Shown here: positions 1 to 9,176 of the stretch, one piece after another
Position numbering within the stretch: the first letter of the stretch is position 1
Layout of the letters: every line of letters starts with the position of its first letter
DNA from: an uncultured Fibrobacteria bacterium
GTDB taxonomy: Bacteria; Fibrobacterota; Fibrobacteria; UBA11236
Assembly: GCA_963716395.1 (NCBI GenBank)
Contig: OY970309.1
Location: 1,024,001 to 1,088,000, forward strand
DNA: 64,000 nt
Reading direction: 5' to 3'
The notes under the pieces: model-generated
Told to the model about the DNA's origin: nothing
Database searches by the model: none
Seen by the model: the letters and a program-made list of their open reading frames with translations, nothing else
Program-made: the position numbers and the translations under genes

Positions 1-1638
1 CTCCGGATCGGAGAGCAACTGCGAATTCGGTTGCTTCCATTCCGTTCGAATCACCTCCGTTGTTCCCGGCACCACGAGCACCGAGAGCGTTCCCGAAAAG
101 GAACTTTGATCGTTTCCGGCGATGGAAAACTTGAAAACCGCCAATCCGGAAAATCCCTGCGCCGGGGTAAAACGAACTTGATGGCCGTCGGACAACATCA
201 CCGCGCTCCCTCCGGTCGAGTCGCTGACGGTAAAGACCGGTGCGGCGCCGGAAAAGCCCGCGGCGTATGGCGACAAATCGATGGTGACGGGCGCCCCCGC
301 CGTGGTTCGGGCGTGGAAACCGCCCAGCCAGTTGAGGTAATGCTCGATGGCCGTATACCCATCCGGCAGCAGTTTCATCGCGTCATCCAGCGAGTTGTTC
401 GACCCGGTGGCCCGTTCCCAAGCATCCGGCATGCCGTCTTGATCGCTGTCGGTTTCCGTATTGCCGCCGCGCAGGGTGCCATACCCGTTACTCCCCAAGC
501 CGGTTTGCGTCTGGCTGGTATACAGGTTGCCATCCGGACCCGTGGTTCCGGCGGTGAACCCGGTCGCGCCCCTCCCCAAGGTTTGCACTTGGCCAAGAAT
601 CAGCGAATCCATTTGATCCCGGGGAAAGGTTCCGGCCCAGGAAACCGTCAGGTGATAGGCCGTCTTGGCATCAAAGATCGAAGCGGAAGGCGTGGTCGAC
701 CAGGGGGAAGCCAAAACGGTGCCCGTGCCCTGATACCAAGAAGGCGAAGTCGGGGCGCCGTTAAGAATCCCGTCGAGGTTATTGTCCTTGATATTTCCCG
801 CAGCGTAGATGGATTGATTGCTGTCGATTTGATACCAGGTATCATCCGTTCCCAGGGAGGCGGGACCGAAGATGAAATAATTGTTGATGATGTCGTGTTG
901 GAAATTTGTACTCGTATGCGTGGTATATCCCGCGCCGCAGTTATAGAGCAGGTTGTTCACAAAGACGTCATTGACCTTGGCCAAGGGGTTGCGATTGTGG
1001 GAGTTCGCGAAAATATTGTAGAACCAGGACCATTGGCTGTTGACCGATTCGCAATGCGCCCCGAATTGCTGACCGATGGGATCGGCAATAAGGCAATATT
1101 GAAAAGAGATATCCGTCACGGGGTAATTTTGCCAATCATCGCTGACGCCGTCGATATTGTTCCAGGGCGCGAATTCAAAGGAGCAATGATCGATCATGAT
1201 GTTCTTCGCGCGGTAAAGGCTTAAGGCGTCGTCGTCGGTGCTCGCGGTTTCGCTTCCCGGGCGAATGCGGATGGAGCGGCAGATAATGTTGGAGGAGTTG
1301 GCAAAAGAAATCTCCCCACCCCGAAAACCGATGCCTTCTCCGGGGGCGGTTTGTCCGGCAATGGTGATATTGCTTTTGACCGAGACCGCAGAGTGCAACT
1401 GGATGGTGCCGCCGACCGCGAAGACCACGATTCGATTGGCGGCGCTTACCGCGTCGCGAAAGGAACCTGCTCCGGAATCATTCAGGTTGGTGACACGGTA
1501 CACCGTACCCAAGCGGCCCCCCGTGGCTTGGGCGCCAAACCCCAAGGCGCCGGGAAAGGCGGGGATTTGTGCCAGGACGGCCGGAGCCAGTCCGATGAGG
1601 AAAAGCACAGACCCAACCTTCCATTTCAAACTTGGCAT
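1..1638 (-). CDS. Secreted pectate lyase (PL1-like) with C-terminal Ig-like region; 3' end lies outside the window
   Basis: Hand translation of the minus strand: MPSLKWKVGSVLFLIGLAPAVLAQIPAFPGALGFGAQATGGRLGTVYRVTNLNDSGAGSFRDAVS...TIAGQTAPGEG...IDHCSF...HNRNP...DSDQDGMPDAWE. The frame appears open to position 1, so the ORF track misses it; + ORF 31..1224 is its antisense shadow. Confidence 0.9.
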   Translation of the reverse strand, partial: MPSLKWKVGSVLFLIGLAPAVLAQIPAFPGALGFGAQATGGRLGTVYRVTNLNDSGAGSFRDAVSAANRIVVFAVGGTIQLHSAVSVKSNITIAGQTAPGEGIGFRGGEISFANSSNIICRSIRIRPGSETASTDDDALSLYRAKNIMIDHCSFEFAPWNNIDGVSDDWQNYPVTDISFQYCLIADPIGQQFGAHCESVNSQWSWFYNIFANSHNRNPLAKVNDVFVNNLLYNCGAGYTTHTSTNFQHDIINNYFIFGPASLGTDDTWYQIDSNQSIYAAGNIKDNNLDGILNGAPTSPSWYQGTGTVLASPWSTTPSASIFDAKTAYHLTVSWAGTFPRDQMDSLILGQVQTLGRGATGFTAGTTGPDGNLYTSQTQTGLGSNGYGTLRGGNTETDSDQDGMPDAWERATGSNNSLDDAMKLLPDGYTAIEHYLNWLGGFHARTTAGAPVTIDLSPYAAGFSGAAPVFTVSDSTGGSAVMLSDGHQVRFTPAQGFSGLAVFKFSIAGNDQSSFSGTLSVLVVPGTTEVIRTEWKQPNSQLLSDPE

Positions 1639-1792
1639 TTCCTCCAGAATCTATCCCAGCGGGCGGGTTTCCGGACATCAGAAAACCCAAATGGCAGCGA
1701 TTCGCCATCGTTGGGAACCCCGCCACCGGCCTTTCGACCGCACAAAAACCGAGGTAACTTTGAGACGCCCATCACTGCATTCGGGGTGTGCT

Positions 1793-2692
1793 ATGAGAAC
1801 ATTGCTGACCGCTTTGGGTCTGCTGGTTTCGACGGGATTGGCCGCCATCGATGATTCGGCCTTGGTGGCGCGTTACCAGCGTATCCAGTTCCAAAGAGGT
1901 GACGTGGTGCTCGGCCATCATCTTGCCCAGCTCTCGCTGGGAAACGCCTATACCTTCGTCAATCCGGACGATGCCGACTTCATTCTGGAAAAGTTGTGGG
2001 GTAATCCGCATCAGGAAAAAATCCTGGGGATGATTTTTCCGGCCGGGCATCAGCCCCTTGACACCGGCAGTTGGGCGGCCGTGGTGCAATACGATGAAGA
2101 CGGCCATGTCAAAGACAATGATGCCGCCTCCATTGATTACGGCCAGTTGCTGCAACAGATGCAGAAAGAAATTCAGGTCGGCAACACCGCGCGCAGCAAA
2201 AATGGCTACCCGCCCATGGAATTGCTGGGCTGGGCCGAAAAGCCGTATTACGACGCGCAGGCGAAAAAACTGTACTGGGCCAAGGCGTTGCGCTTCGGCC
2301 AGAACGTCGACACCACCCTCAATTACAATATTCGCATTCTGGGGCGCAAAGGCGTGCTCTTGCTGAACGTAGTGGCCTCGATGCGGCAATTGAACCAGGT
2401 GCGGCAAGACATGGGTGACCTGCTCGGCCGCGTGGATTTTTTGCCGGGAAACCGTTACACTGATTACAAAAAAGGGATCGATCCGCTGGCCAAATATGGG
2501 TTGGCCGCGTTGGTGGCCGGCGGAGTATTGGCCAAACTCGGATTTTTCAAACTCGCCCTGGCGGCGCTTCTGGCGGCGAAAAAATTCCTGATTCTGGCCG
2601 TATTGGCGGTCATCGCTTTTTTCAAAAAATGGTTCCGCCGGCGCTCCCCCGACGTGCGCAGACCCGACGACACCGCGAAGAAATTGGAGTGA
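1793..2692 (+). CDS. DUF2167-family membrane-anchored protein
   Basis: Signal peptide MRTLLTALGLL; LWGNP, GHVKDNDA, GWAEKPYYD, LNYNIRILGRKGV motifs; C-terminal TM segment GLAALVAGG. Confidence 0.8.
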   Translation: MRTLLTALGLLVSTGLAAIDDSALVARYQRIQFQRGDVVLGHHLAQLSLGNAYTFVNPDDADFILEKLWGNPHQEKILGMIFPAGHQPLDTGSWAAVVQYDEDGHVKDNDAASIDYGQLLQQMQKEIQVGNTARSKNGYPPMELLGWAEKPYYDAQAKKLYWAKALRFGQNVDTTLNYNIRILGRKGVLLLNVVASMRQLNQVRQDMGDLLGRVDFLPGNRYTDYKKGIDPLAKYGLAALVAGGVLAKLGFFKLALAALLAAKKFLILAVLAVIAFFKKWFRRRSPDVRRPDDTAKKLE

Positions 2693-2713
2693 GGCGCGCG
2701 GCCAAGACCGCGA

Positions 2714-3175
2714 TCACAGCTCCAGCAAAAGTCCGCCGCGCAGCAGCACGCCCGCGCGACCGTCGGGATTGCGTTCGAATTCCGATCCCAAAAGCAGGCT
2801 CGAATGGCGACCGTTGCGGATGTCCAGCAAGCCCCCCATGCGCCATACAAATCCGGGATGGGAGAGAACGTATCCCGCTTCACCGGTCCACACCGGCATG
2901 ATGACCCGGCCCATGGGTAAGCGCACATACGCCGCTCCCAACAGGGGAACCGCGTCGGGAAAACCGGAAACGCCCTGCCCCGACTGCAATCCCAACCACA
3001 CCTGTTCGTCGAATTTGTAATAGGCGGAAAAACTGTAGCCGAAATTCGGATCGCGGAAGCCCGCATAGGACTGAGAGCCCAAGGTGGCGGTCAAGGCCAA
3101 GCCGCCGAAGGCGGACGGCGCGAACAGGAAAAACGCAGCAAGGGCGGTACAAGAAATGGTCGGAAATTTCCTCAC
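2714..3175 (-). CDS. Small secreted or outer-membrane beta-barrel-like hypothetical protein
   Basis: Signal peptide followed by amphipathic beta-strand pattern, ending LRGGLLLEL. Confidence 0.6.
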   Translation of the reverse strand: MRKFPTISCTALAAFFLFAPSAFGGLALTATLGSQSYAGFRDPNFGYSFSAYYKFDEQVWLGLQSGQGVSGFPDAVPLLGAAYVRLPMGRVIMPVWTGEAGYVLSHPGFVWRMGGLLDIRNGRHSSLLLGSEFERNPDGRAGVLLRGGLLLEL

Positions 3176-3212
3176 ATTTCAAATTTAGTCGGGTACAATT
3201 CCCCGACCCGAA

Positions 3213-4427
3213 TTAATTCGGATATTCGCCGGCCTGAAAGCGCGATGGAGCGTGTAGCACCGACACGGCCGGTTGCAAACTACGTGCGCGTTCGACCCGG
3301 TTCCAGGCTCCCGAGTCTTTGAGGAACAAGGCTTTGAAAAAACCCAGCAGCAGGGCGGCGTTCATGGAGACGAAATAAAACGGAATCAAAAGCGCTTTGT
3401 GTTTGTTTGCGCCGCGGCTGGCGAGAAAACCCAAGGCGGCGGCGCCGTAGAACAACCCCTGTGCGGCCAGCAGCCCGGCATATACCGGCCCGGTGGCAAC
3501 CAACGCCACATTGGAAACCAGGAGGAACAACATCACCAGGGGCGCGAGCCAGCGGAGCAATTTATGCGAGAAAAAGCCGTAGGCCACCAAGGGGCGCAAA
3601 GGATTCAGCAGCCCGGCATAGCGCGGCAATTGGTTGAAATTGGCCTGACTGATGCGCACCTTGCGGTGAAATTCGCCGTAGGCATCGAGCGAGGTTTCTT
3701 CGCTGCCGATGGCCTGCGGTTCATACACCGCAGCTTTGCCGGCCTGCAGCACCCGCGTGGTAACAAAAAAGTCATCCATGACTTTGCGGTCGATGGGAAT
3801 CGGTTCAAAGAGTTCTTTGCGAATGGCGTAGATGCCGCCGTTGGCGCCGATCACGATGCCGAGACGACCTTCCAACTTTTTGATTTCCGATTCCAGGTTC
3901 CAATACATGCTTTCGCCGATCCCCAGGGAAGAGTGGCCCGCATCGTTGAGAATCAGATGCCCGCACACGCATCCCACTTCGGGGTTTTCGAAAGGCGCCA
4001 GTAATTTTTGCAACGCGTTCTTGAGCAGCATGGTATTGGCGTCGCAGAACACCACGATTTCGCCCTGGGCGCGGGGCACCAACTGGTTTAGGACGCCGGC
4101 CTTGCCCGAACGCTGCGAAAAGGCGAAGAGCTTCACGTTGGGCGCATATTTGGCCACGATGGATTCAGTGCGGTCGGTGGAGCCGTCGGAGCCGACGAGA
4201 ATTTCCAGGCGGTCGCGGGGGAATTCGAGTTCGAAGCAGTTGTGGATTTTTTCTTCGATGACTTTTTCTTCATTGTAGGCGGCAATGACCACCGAGACCT
4301 TGGGGTTGGCCGGACGTCCGCGCCGCTTCCGCAGGCCGAAGAAATAACGCAGTACCGGCAGCGAAAGCGGGTACACCACGTACGTGTGGATGAGCAGCGC
4401 CGCCGCGCCCCACAACGCCAGTTCCAT
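3213..4427 (-). CDS. Glycosyltransferase family 2 (CESA/IcaA-like, membrane-bound)
   Basis: VIAAYNEE, DGSTD, GKAGVLN, FCDAN, GANGGIYAIR, MDDF motifs; ATG overlaps the upstream TGA (TGATG). Confidence 0.9.
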   Translation of the reverse strand: MELALWGAAALLIHTYVVYPLSLPVLRYFFGLRKRRGRPANPKVSVVIAAYNEEKVIEEKIHNCFELEFPRDRLEILVGSDGSTDRTESIVAKYAPNVKLFAFSQRSGKAGVLNQLVPRAQGEIVVFCDANTMLLKNALQKLLAPFENPEVGCVCGHLILNDAGHSSLGIGESMYWNLESEIKKLEGRLGIVIGANGGIYAIRKELFEPIPIDRKVMDDFFVTTRVLQAGKAAVYEPQAIGSEETSLDAYGEFHRKVRISQANFNQLPRYAGLLNPLRPLVAYGFFSHKLLRWLAPLVMLFLLVSNVALVATGPVYAGLLAAQGLFYGAAALGFLASRGANKHKALLIPFYFVSMNAALLLGFFKALFLKDSGAWNRVERARSLQPAVSVLHAPSRFQAGEYPN

Positions 4428-4915
4428 CAACCGGCACCCTTGATGAAATCGTCGAAACTGACCTTGCGCTCGCGCGCGCCCGACGAGATGTAGGCCAGCA
4501 GCTTCACCATCAGATCGGGCTCGGCATATGAAGAAAAGCTGCCGATGAGTTCGCCCTTGGGATTCATGAAGAGCAAGGTGGGCAAGCCTTCGACGCCCCA
4601 CATCGCGACCAGATCCTTGGCCGTCATCTTCTGGCCTTTCCACACCACGGATTCGTTGCCGTCGGCATTGAGCCGGACGCTGACAAAGCGTTGGTCGAGG
4701 GCGGTAATGACCGGCGGCGCGCGAAAGGTGACGGCATCGAGCTTCTTGCAGTACTCGCACCAATCGGCATAGACGTCGACGAAGACATACTTGCCTTCGG
4801 ATTTAGCGTCCTGAATGCCGGAGGAAAAATTTTGCCATTGAATGACGGCGGGATCTTTGGCTTGCGTCGCCACGGCGAGAACGAGAAAGAGACCGAGGGC
4901 ACCGAAAGGTTTCAT
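4427..4915 (-). CDS. Exported thioredoxin-fold protein (SoxW/DsbD-C-like)
   Basis: Signal peptide, WCEYC motif, GLPT cis-Pro loop. Confidence 0.85.
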   Translation of the reverse strand: MKPFGALGLFLVLAVATQAKDPAVIQWQNFSSGIQDAKSEGKYVFVDVYADWCEYCKKLDAVTFRAPPVITALDQRFVSVRLNADGNESVVWKGQKMTAKDLVAMWGVEGLPTLLFMNPKGELIGSFSSYAEPDLMVKLLAYISSGARERKVSFDDFIKGAG

Positions 4916-4918
4916 GGC

Positions 4919-5248
4919 TTACATCGCCGCGCTGAGCTTTTCCACGATCTTGCTTTTGGGATAGGCGCCCACGAGTTGCTGCACCACCGCGCCGTTTTTG
5001 AAGTACATCAGGGTGGGAATGCTGCGGATACCGTAACGGCTCGCGATATCGGGAGCATCGTCGGTATTGAGTTTTCCGACCTTGACCTTGCCGTTATAGT
5101 CTTTCGCCACCTCTTCCACGATGGGCGACACAACTTTGCAAGGGCCGCACCATGGGGCCCAGAAATCCACCAATACGGTTCCCGCAAACTGGGAAACCTC
5201 TTTTTCGAAATTCTCGCTGTCGAGTTGCACTACGAATTCACCGGCCAT
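4919..5248 (-). CDS. trxA: Thioredoxin
   Basis: DFWAPWCGPC and SIPTL motifs, 109 aa. Confidence 0.95.
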   Translation of the reverse strand: MAGEFVVQLDSENFEKEVSQFAGTVLVDFWAPWCGPCKVVSPIVEEVAKDYNGKVKVGKLNTDDAPDIASRYGIRSIPTLMYFKNGAVVQQLVGAYPKSKIVEKLSAAM

Positions 5249-5606
5249 GGGATTCTCCTTTTTGATCTTGCTGCAAGGCGTTGATGCGGTGGACCACGCT
5301 TTCTTGGAATGACTTCCAAGCTTCGGGGTGATCCGCCAATTGCACGAAATGTTCGTGAAACTGCGCCGGCGTCATTTTGTTTTGCGCCAATATCACCCTG
5401 CGGACCTCATTTGCCTTGCCGGGATCCCCGATTGACGCCACTGATGCCAGTTTGAGTTCAGCATACAAATCTACAAACTTGGCATCCGGCTGATAGCGCC
5501 CCTCATGGCAAGCCCCAAGCACCATCACCGCCCCTGAAAGCAAGGCTGCCTTGAGTATACTAGCGCGGGAATCCCTGGCTGTCAATTCATCCCTCCTTGT
5601 TCGCAA
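5238..5606 (-). CDS. Hypothetical lipoprotein (DUF4296-like); start uncertain
   Basis: Lipobox VLGAC, helical body, overlaps trxA start in an operon. Confidence 0.55.
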   Translation of the reverse strand: MRTRRDELTARDSRASILKAALLSGAVMVLGACHEGRYQPDAKFVDLYAELKLASVASIGDPGKANEVRRVILAQNKMTPAQFHEHFVQLADHPEAWKSFQESVVHRINALQQDQKGESHGR

Positions 5607-5687
5607 AATTATGCGCGGCGCGAAACCTAAACGTCTCCAACACGTCCTTTGTTTGTCATGATTGCGTAAGAGAAAACCCCGATTGCG

Positions 5688-6590
5688 TCACAATCCGAAC
5701 AGACCGCGCGCATACGCCTGCCGGTCGAAGGGAACCAAATCGTCGAGTCCTTCGCCTACTCCCACCCAGCGTACGGGGCGGCCGAAGGCGCGGGCGAGTT
5801 CGAGTACGGCACCGCCTTTGGCCGTACCGTCGAGCTTGGTGACGATCAATCCGGTCAACGGCAACGCCGCATCGAAGCCCTTGAATTGGGGCAGGGCGTT
5901 CTGGCCGGTATTGCCGTCGACCACCAGCCAGACGTCATGCGGCAAAGCCGGATCATGTTTGCGCAGCACGCGCGCCAGCTTGCGTAATTCCTCCATGAGA
6001 TTGTCTTTGGTGTGCAAACGTCCGGCGGTGTCGATGAGGAGATAATCCATGTTCCGCGCTTTGGCGGCGGCATAGGCGTCGTAGGCCACCGAAGCGGCAT
6101 CAGCGCCTTCCTGATGCTTGACGATCTCGACCCCGGCGCGTTGGGCCCAGGCGTCGAGTTGCGAAATGGCGCCGGCGCGAAAGGTGTCGCAGGCGGCCAG
6201 CAGCACCCGCTCTCCCCGGCCTGCGAAGTGATGCGCGACCTTGGCCACCGAGGTGGTCTTGCCCGCGCCGTTGACGCCCACAAAGGCGATGACGCGTGGA
6301 GGCGCCACCGCCGCATCCTCGGCCGCGTCAGGAAACAGCGCCGCCGCTTCTTCGGCCATGGCGTCGAGCAATTGCGCTTCATCGATTTCTCGGCCGCGCA
6401 CGCGGGTGCGGACGCCGGCGAGAATGCCATGCGCCGTCTCCCACCCGATGTCGGCGGCTAGGAGCTTTTCTTCCAGAGCCTCGACCACGTCGTCGGTGAG
6501 CTTGCCCTTGCCGAACACGGCCGCGATTTCGCGCGCCATCGACTGGCGGCTGCGCGTCAGGCCTTGGCGGATTTTATCGATCCAACCCAT
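5688..6590 (-). CDS. ftsY: Signal recognition particle receptor FtsY
   Basis: GVNGAGKTT, DTFRAGA, DTAGRLH, TKLDGTAKGG motifs. Confidence 0.97.
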   Translation of the reverse strand: MGWIDKIRQGLTRSRQSMAREIAAVFGKGKLTDDVVEALEEKLLAADIGWETAHGILAGVRTRVRGREIDEAQLLDAMAEEAAALFPDAAEDAAVAPPRVIAFVGVNGAGKTTSVAKVAHHFAGRGERVLLAACDTFRAGAISQLDAWAQRAGVEIVKHQEGADAASVAYDAYAAAKARNMDYLLIDTAGRLHTKDNLMEELRKLARVLRKHDPALPHDVWLVVDGNTGQNALPQFKGFDAALPLTGLIVTKLDGTAKGGAVLELARAFGRPVRWVGVGEGLDDLVPFDRQAYARGLFGL

Positions 6591-6627
6591 GGGCGCGGGA
6601 ATATAGCACCCGCGGATAAAGCGCGGC

Positions 6628-7479
6628 TCAGGCGCCGGCGAGGCTTTGGCCCAGCGCGGCGATCTCGGCCTTGCGCTCTTCCAACCATTCGCCGAACAGC
6701 ACCAATTGCTCCAGGGGGATGCACAGCCTTTCGAGATGCGCTTCTGAAGTGGGCGGCGGTCCTTCGTGATCGCTCAAAGACAATTGGAAGCCATGGCAGA
6801 CGAGATCGGAGAGATGGATGAGCGCCGCGGCGGCGGCATAATCGCCTGCGGCTTCGGGATCATGGTGATGGGCGATGACCTGCGTAAGTTCTTCAGGAAA
6901 ATTCCACTGCCGCGCCAACAAGGCTCCGGCTTCACCGTGGGTGAACCCGAGTACGCGGTTTTCGACGTCGGAAATCGCGGCCGGCGACACCTGCAGGGCT
7001 TGATCCACTGCGGGGAAAACCCCGCCGGCGATTTCCAGCAAGATGCCCAGGTCATGCAACAAACCCATGCTGAAAAATTCTTCCTGCTCGGGCGGGGGCT
7101 TGCCCAGAAAGCCGGCCATATGGCGGGCCAGCAAGCCCACGGCCAGCGAGTGGCTCCAATATCCGGCCCACGCCGGTGAAGGCCCGGGCGTGAGTCCGGC
7201 CGCTAGGGCCAGCCGCGCCACGTTCTGGTTGCCGAGGCGCACCACCGCGGCTTTGAGCGAGGCCACCGAACGCGGCATGCCGAACAAGGCCGAGTTCGCC
7301 GACTTGAGCACCCGCGAAGTCAGGCCCGGTTCACGTTCGAGCACGGCCACCAGGCTTTGCGCCGAGCAAACCGGATCGCGCAGGACTTCCAGCGTCTTGG
7401 CGATTAAAACGGGATTGCGGAAACCGTCGAGATATTTCTGAACGAACGCTTCGGCCTTCGGGTTTTGCGCCTCGGGCAT
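6628..7479 (-). CDS. HDOD-domain protein
   Basis: RVLKSANSA, WSHS, GLLHDLG, HGEAG, W.FP, HHH motifs. Confidence 0.9.
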   Translation of the reverse strand: MPEAQNPKAEAFVQKYLDGFRNPVLIAKTLEVLRDPVCSAQSLVAVLEREPGLTSRVLKSANSALFGMPRSVASLKAAVVRLGNQNVARLALAAGLTPGPSPAWAGYWSHSLAVGLLARHMAGFLGKPPPEQEEFFSMGLLHDLGILLEIAGGVFPAVDQALQVSPAAISDVENRVLGFTHGEAGALLARQWNFPEELTQVIAHHHDPEAAGDYAAAAALIHLSDLVCHGFQLSLSDHEGPPPTSEAHLERLCIPLEQLVLFGEWLEERKAEIAALGQSLAGA

Positions 7480-7489
7480 GGGCGGCCCG

Positions 7490-8368
7490 TCAATTGGCTT
7501 CGATGAGGTTGAAAAAGGGTTCGCCTTCGAGAATGTGGCGATCGAGTTCGAGCAGAATCTGTTCTTCGCTCATTCCCAACGCCAAAGTTCCCTCCACTTC
7601 GCGCACCAGCGGGGCGAAGGTTTCCCGGTCCATGCAGCCGCTGCCTTTGAGATGCGCCAGATGATTGGCGTAATGGATGATGGCCGCCAGCTCGGGAAGT
7701 TCGCGTTCGGCCAGCGGCGTGTGGTGCATCGCAATCGGGTTCTTCAGTTCCAGGGGCATTTGCCATTTGTCCACCAACATGCCGCTGACCTCGGCATGGT
7801 GAATGCCGAGCAGCGACTTCTCCACCTGGTACAGCGGCAATTCCTTTTCGCGCGCGGTGCGCAGCACGGGCAGATATTCGGCATTGGAAAATTGTTCGAG
7901 GATGAGTTTGCCCACATCGTGCAGCAGTCCGGCGGAAAAAGCCATTTCCAAATCGACCAGTTTGCGCCGGCGGTAGATCTGTGCCACCATGCGCGCGGCG
8001 ATGCCCACCATGAAAGAGTGTTTCCAAAAGGCCTTGCGGTCGAAGGAAACGGTGCCGGGTTTGGCCGGAAACACCTTGAGCACCGAGGCCGAGAGCACCA
8101 AGGAGCGAATCGTGTTGAACCCCAGAATGACGATGGCCGAATTCACCGACGAGATGGTGCGTGGAATTCCATAAAAGGCCGAGTTCGCCAGCCGCAACAC
8201 CTTGGAAGTCAGCGCCACGTCTTTGGCGATGAAACGGGCCACATCTTCGGCGTTCGACTTGGGATCATTCACGATTTGCATCACCTTGGCGGCGATGGTG
8301 GGCATGGTCGGTATTTGCCCCAAATCCTGGACGATTTTCTGGTAGCGTTTGGCGGTTGCTTCGGTCAT
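7490..8368 (-). CDS. HDOD-domain protein
   Basis: IPTMP, KVLRLANSAFYG, WKHS, GLLHDVGK, HAEVS motifs. Confidence 0.92.
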   Translation of the reverse strand: MTEATAKRYQKIVQDLGQIPTMPTIAAKVMQIVNDPKSNAEDVARFIAKDVALTSKVLRLANSAFYGIPRTISSVNSAIVILGFNTIRSLVLSASVLKVFPAKPGTVSFDRKAFWKHSFMVGIAARMVAQIYRRRKLVDLEMAFSAGLLHDVGKLILEQFSNAEYLPVLRTAREKELPLYQVEKSLLGIHHAEVSGMLVDKWQMPLELKNPIAMHHTPLAERELPELAAIIHYANHLAHLKGSGCMDRETFAPLVREVEGTLALGMSEEQILLELDRHILEGEPFFNLIEAN

Positions 8369-8441
8369 AGCGCGCAAATTCCGGGAAGGTCAACCCATTC
8401 TAACATGGGTTGAAGCGGAAGAAAAGAGAATTTTGAGGCGC

Positions 8442-9038
8442 TTAAATCCGACTTTCGATGGCGTCGATCATGCCATAGGTTTTGGCTTCATCGGCGGTCA
8501 TGAAATAGTCACGATCCGTGTCGGTTTCGATTTTGGAGATCGGATGCCCGGTGTGTTTGGCCAAAATTTCGTTCAAGGTCTGCCGAATACGCAGCATTTC
8601 CTCGGCTTGAATCTCGATATCCGAGGCCGGACCGTACATCTGACCCGACACCAAAGGTTGGTGGATCATCACCCGCGCATTGGGCCAGGCCAGGCGTTTT
8701 CCCGCCTGCCCGCCGGCCAAGAGCACGGCACCCATGCTGGCGGCCTGCCCGCACACGATGGTCGACACATTCGACTTCACCGCCTGCATGGCGTCATAAA
8801 TCGCCAGACCCGAAGAGATGACGCCGCCGGGGCTGTTGATGTAGAGCGTGATGTCATCCTGATTGAGGGAGTCGAGATACATCAACTGCTTCACGATACG
8901 CTCGGCGCTTTGATCGTCGACCACCGACCATAAAAAAATCCTGCGTTGCTTCAGGAACGATTCGACGATCTCCTTGGTCAAGGCCATGGGGCTTTCGTCT
9001 TTTTCTTTTTCCTTGTCGTTCATCCAAATTGCCGGCAT
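8442..9038 (-). CDS. clpP: ATP-dependent Clp protease proteolytic subunit
   Basis: YINSPGG, AASMGA (catalytic Ser), MIHQP (His), DTDRD; start could also be MALTKE. Confidence 0.95.
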   Translation of the reverse strand: MPAIWMNDKEKEKDESPMALTKEIVESFLKQRRIFLWSVVDDQSAERIVKQLMYLDSLNQDDITLYINSPGGVISSGLAIYDAMQAVKSNVSTIVCGQAASMGAVLLAGGQAGKRLAWPNARVMIHQPLVSGQMYGPASDIEIQAEEMLRIRQTLNEILAKHTGHPISKIETDTDRDYFMTADEAKTYGMIDAIESRI

Positions 9039-9176
9039 AGCATCCGCCTTCTCGGAAATAGTGAAATCGCGAAATCGTTCGCGCTGGTTCCGGTGCGATA
9101 AAATACATCGCGGCGGCAATCCTTGAAAATCACGCGCGTGGCGTTGCAAGATGACACGGGTCACGTGGCCGTCGGT

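Noticed and set aside
31-1224. 397-aa + strand ORF, and the N-terminal extension of ORF 1238..2692
   Set aside because: Antisense shadows of the minus-strand pectate lyase; the DUF2167 gene starts at 1793.
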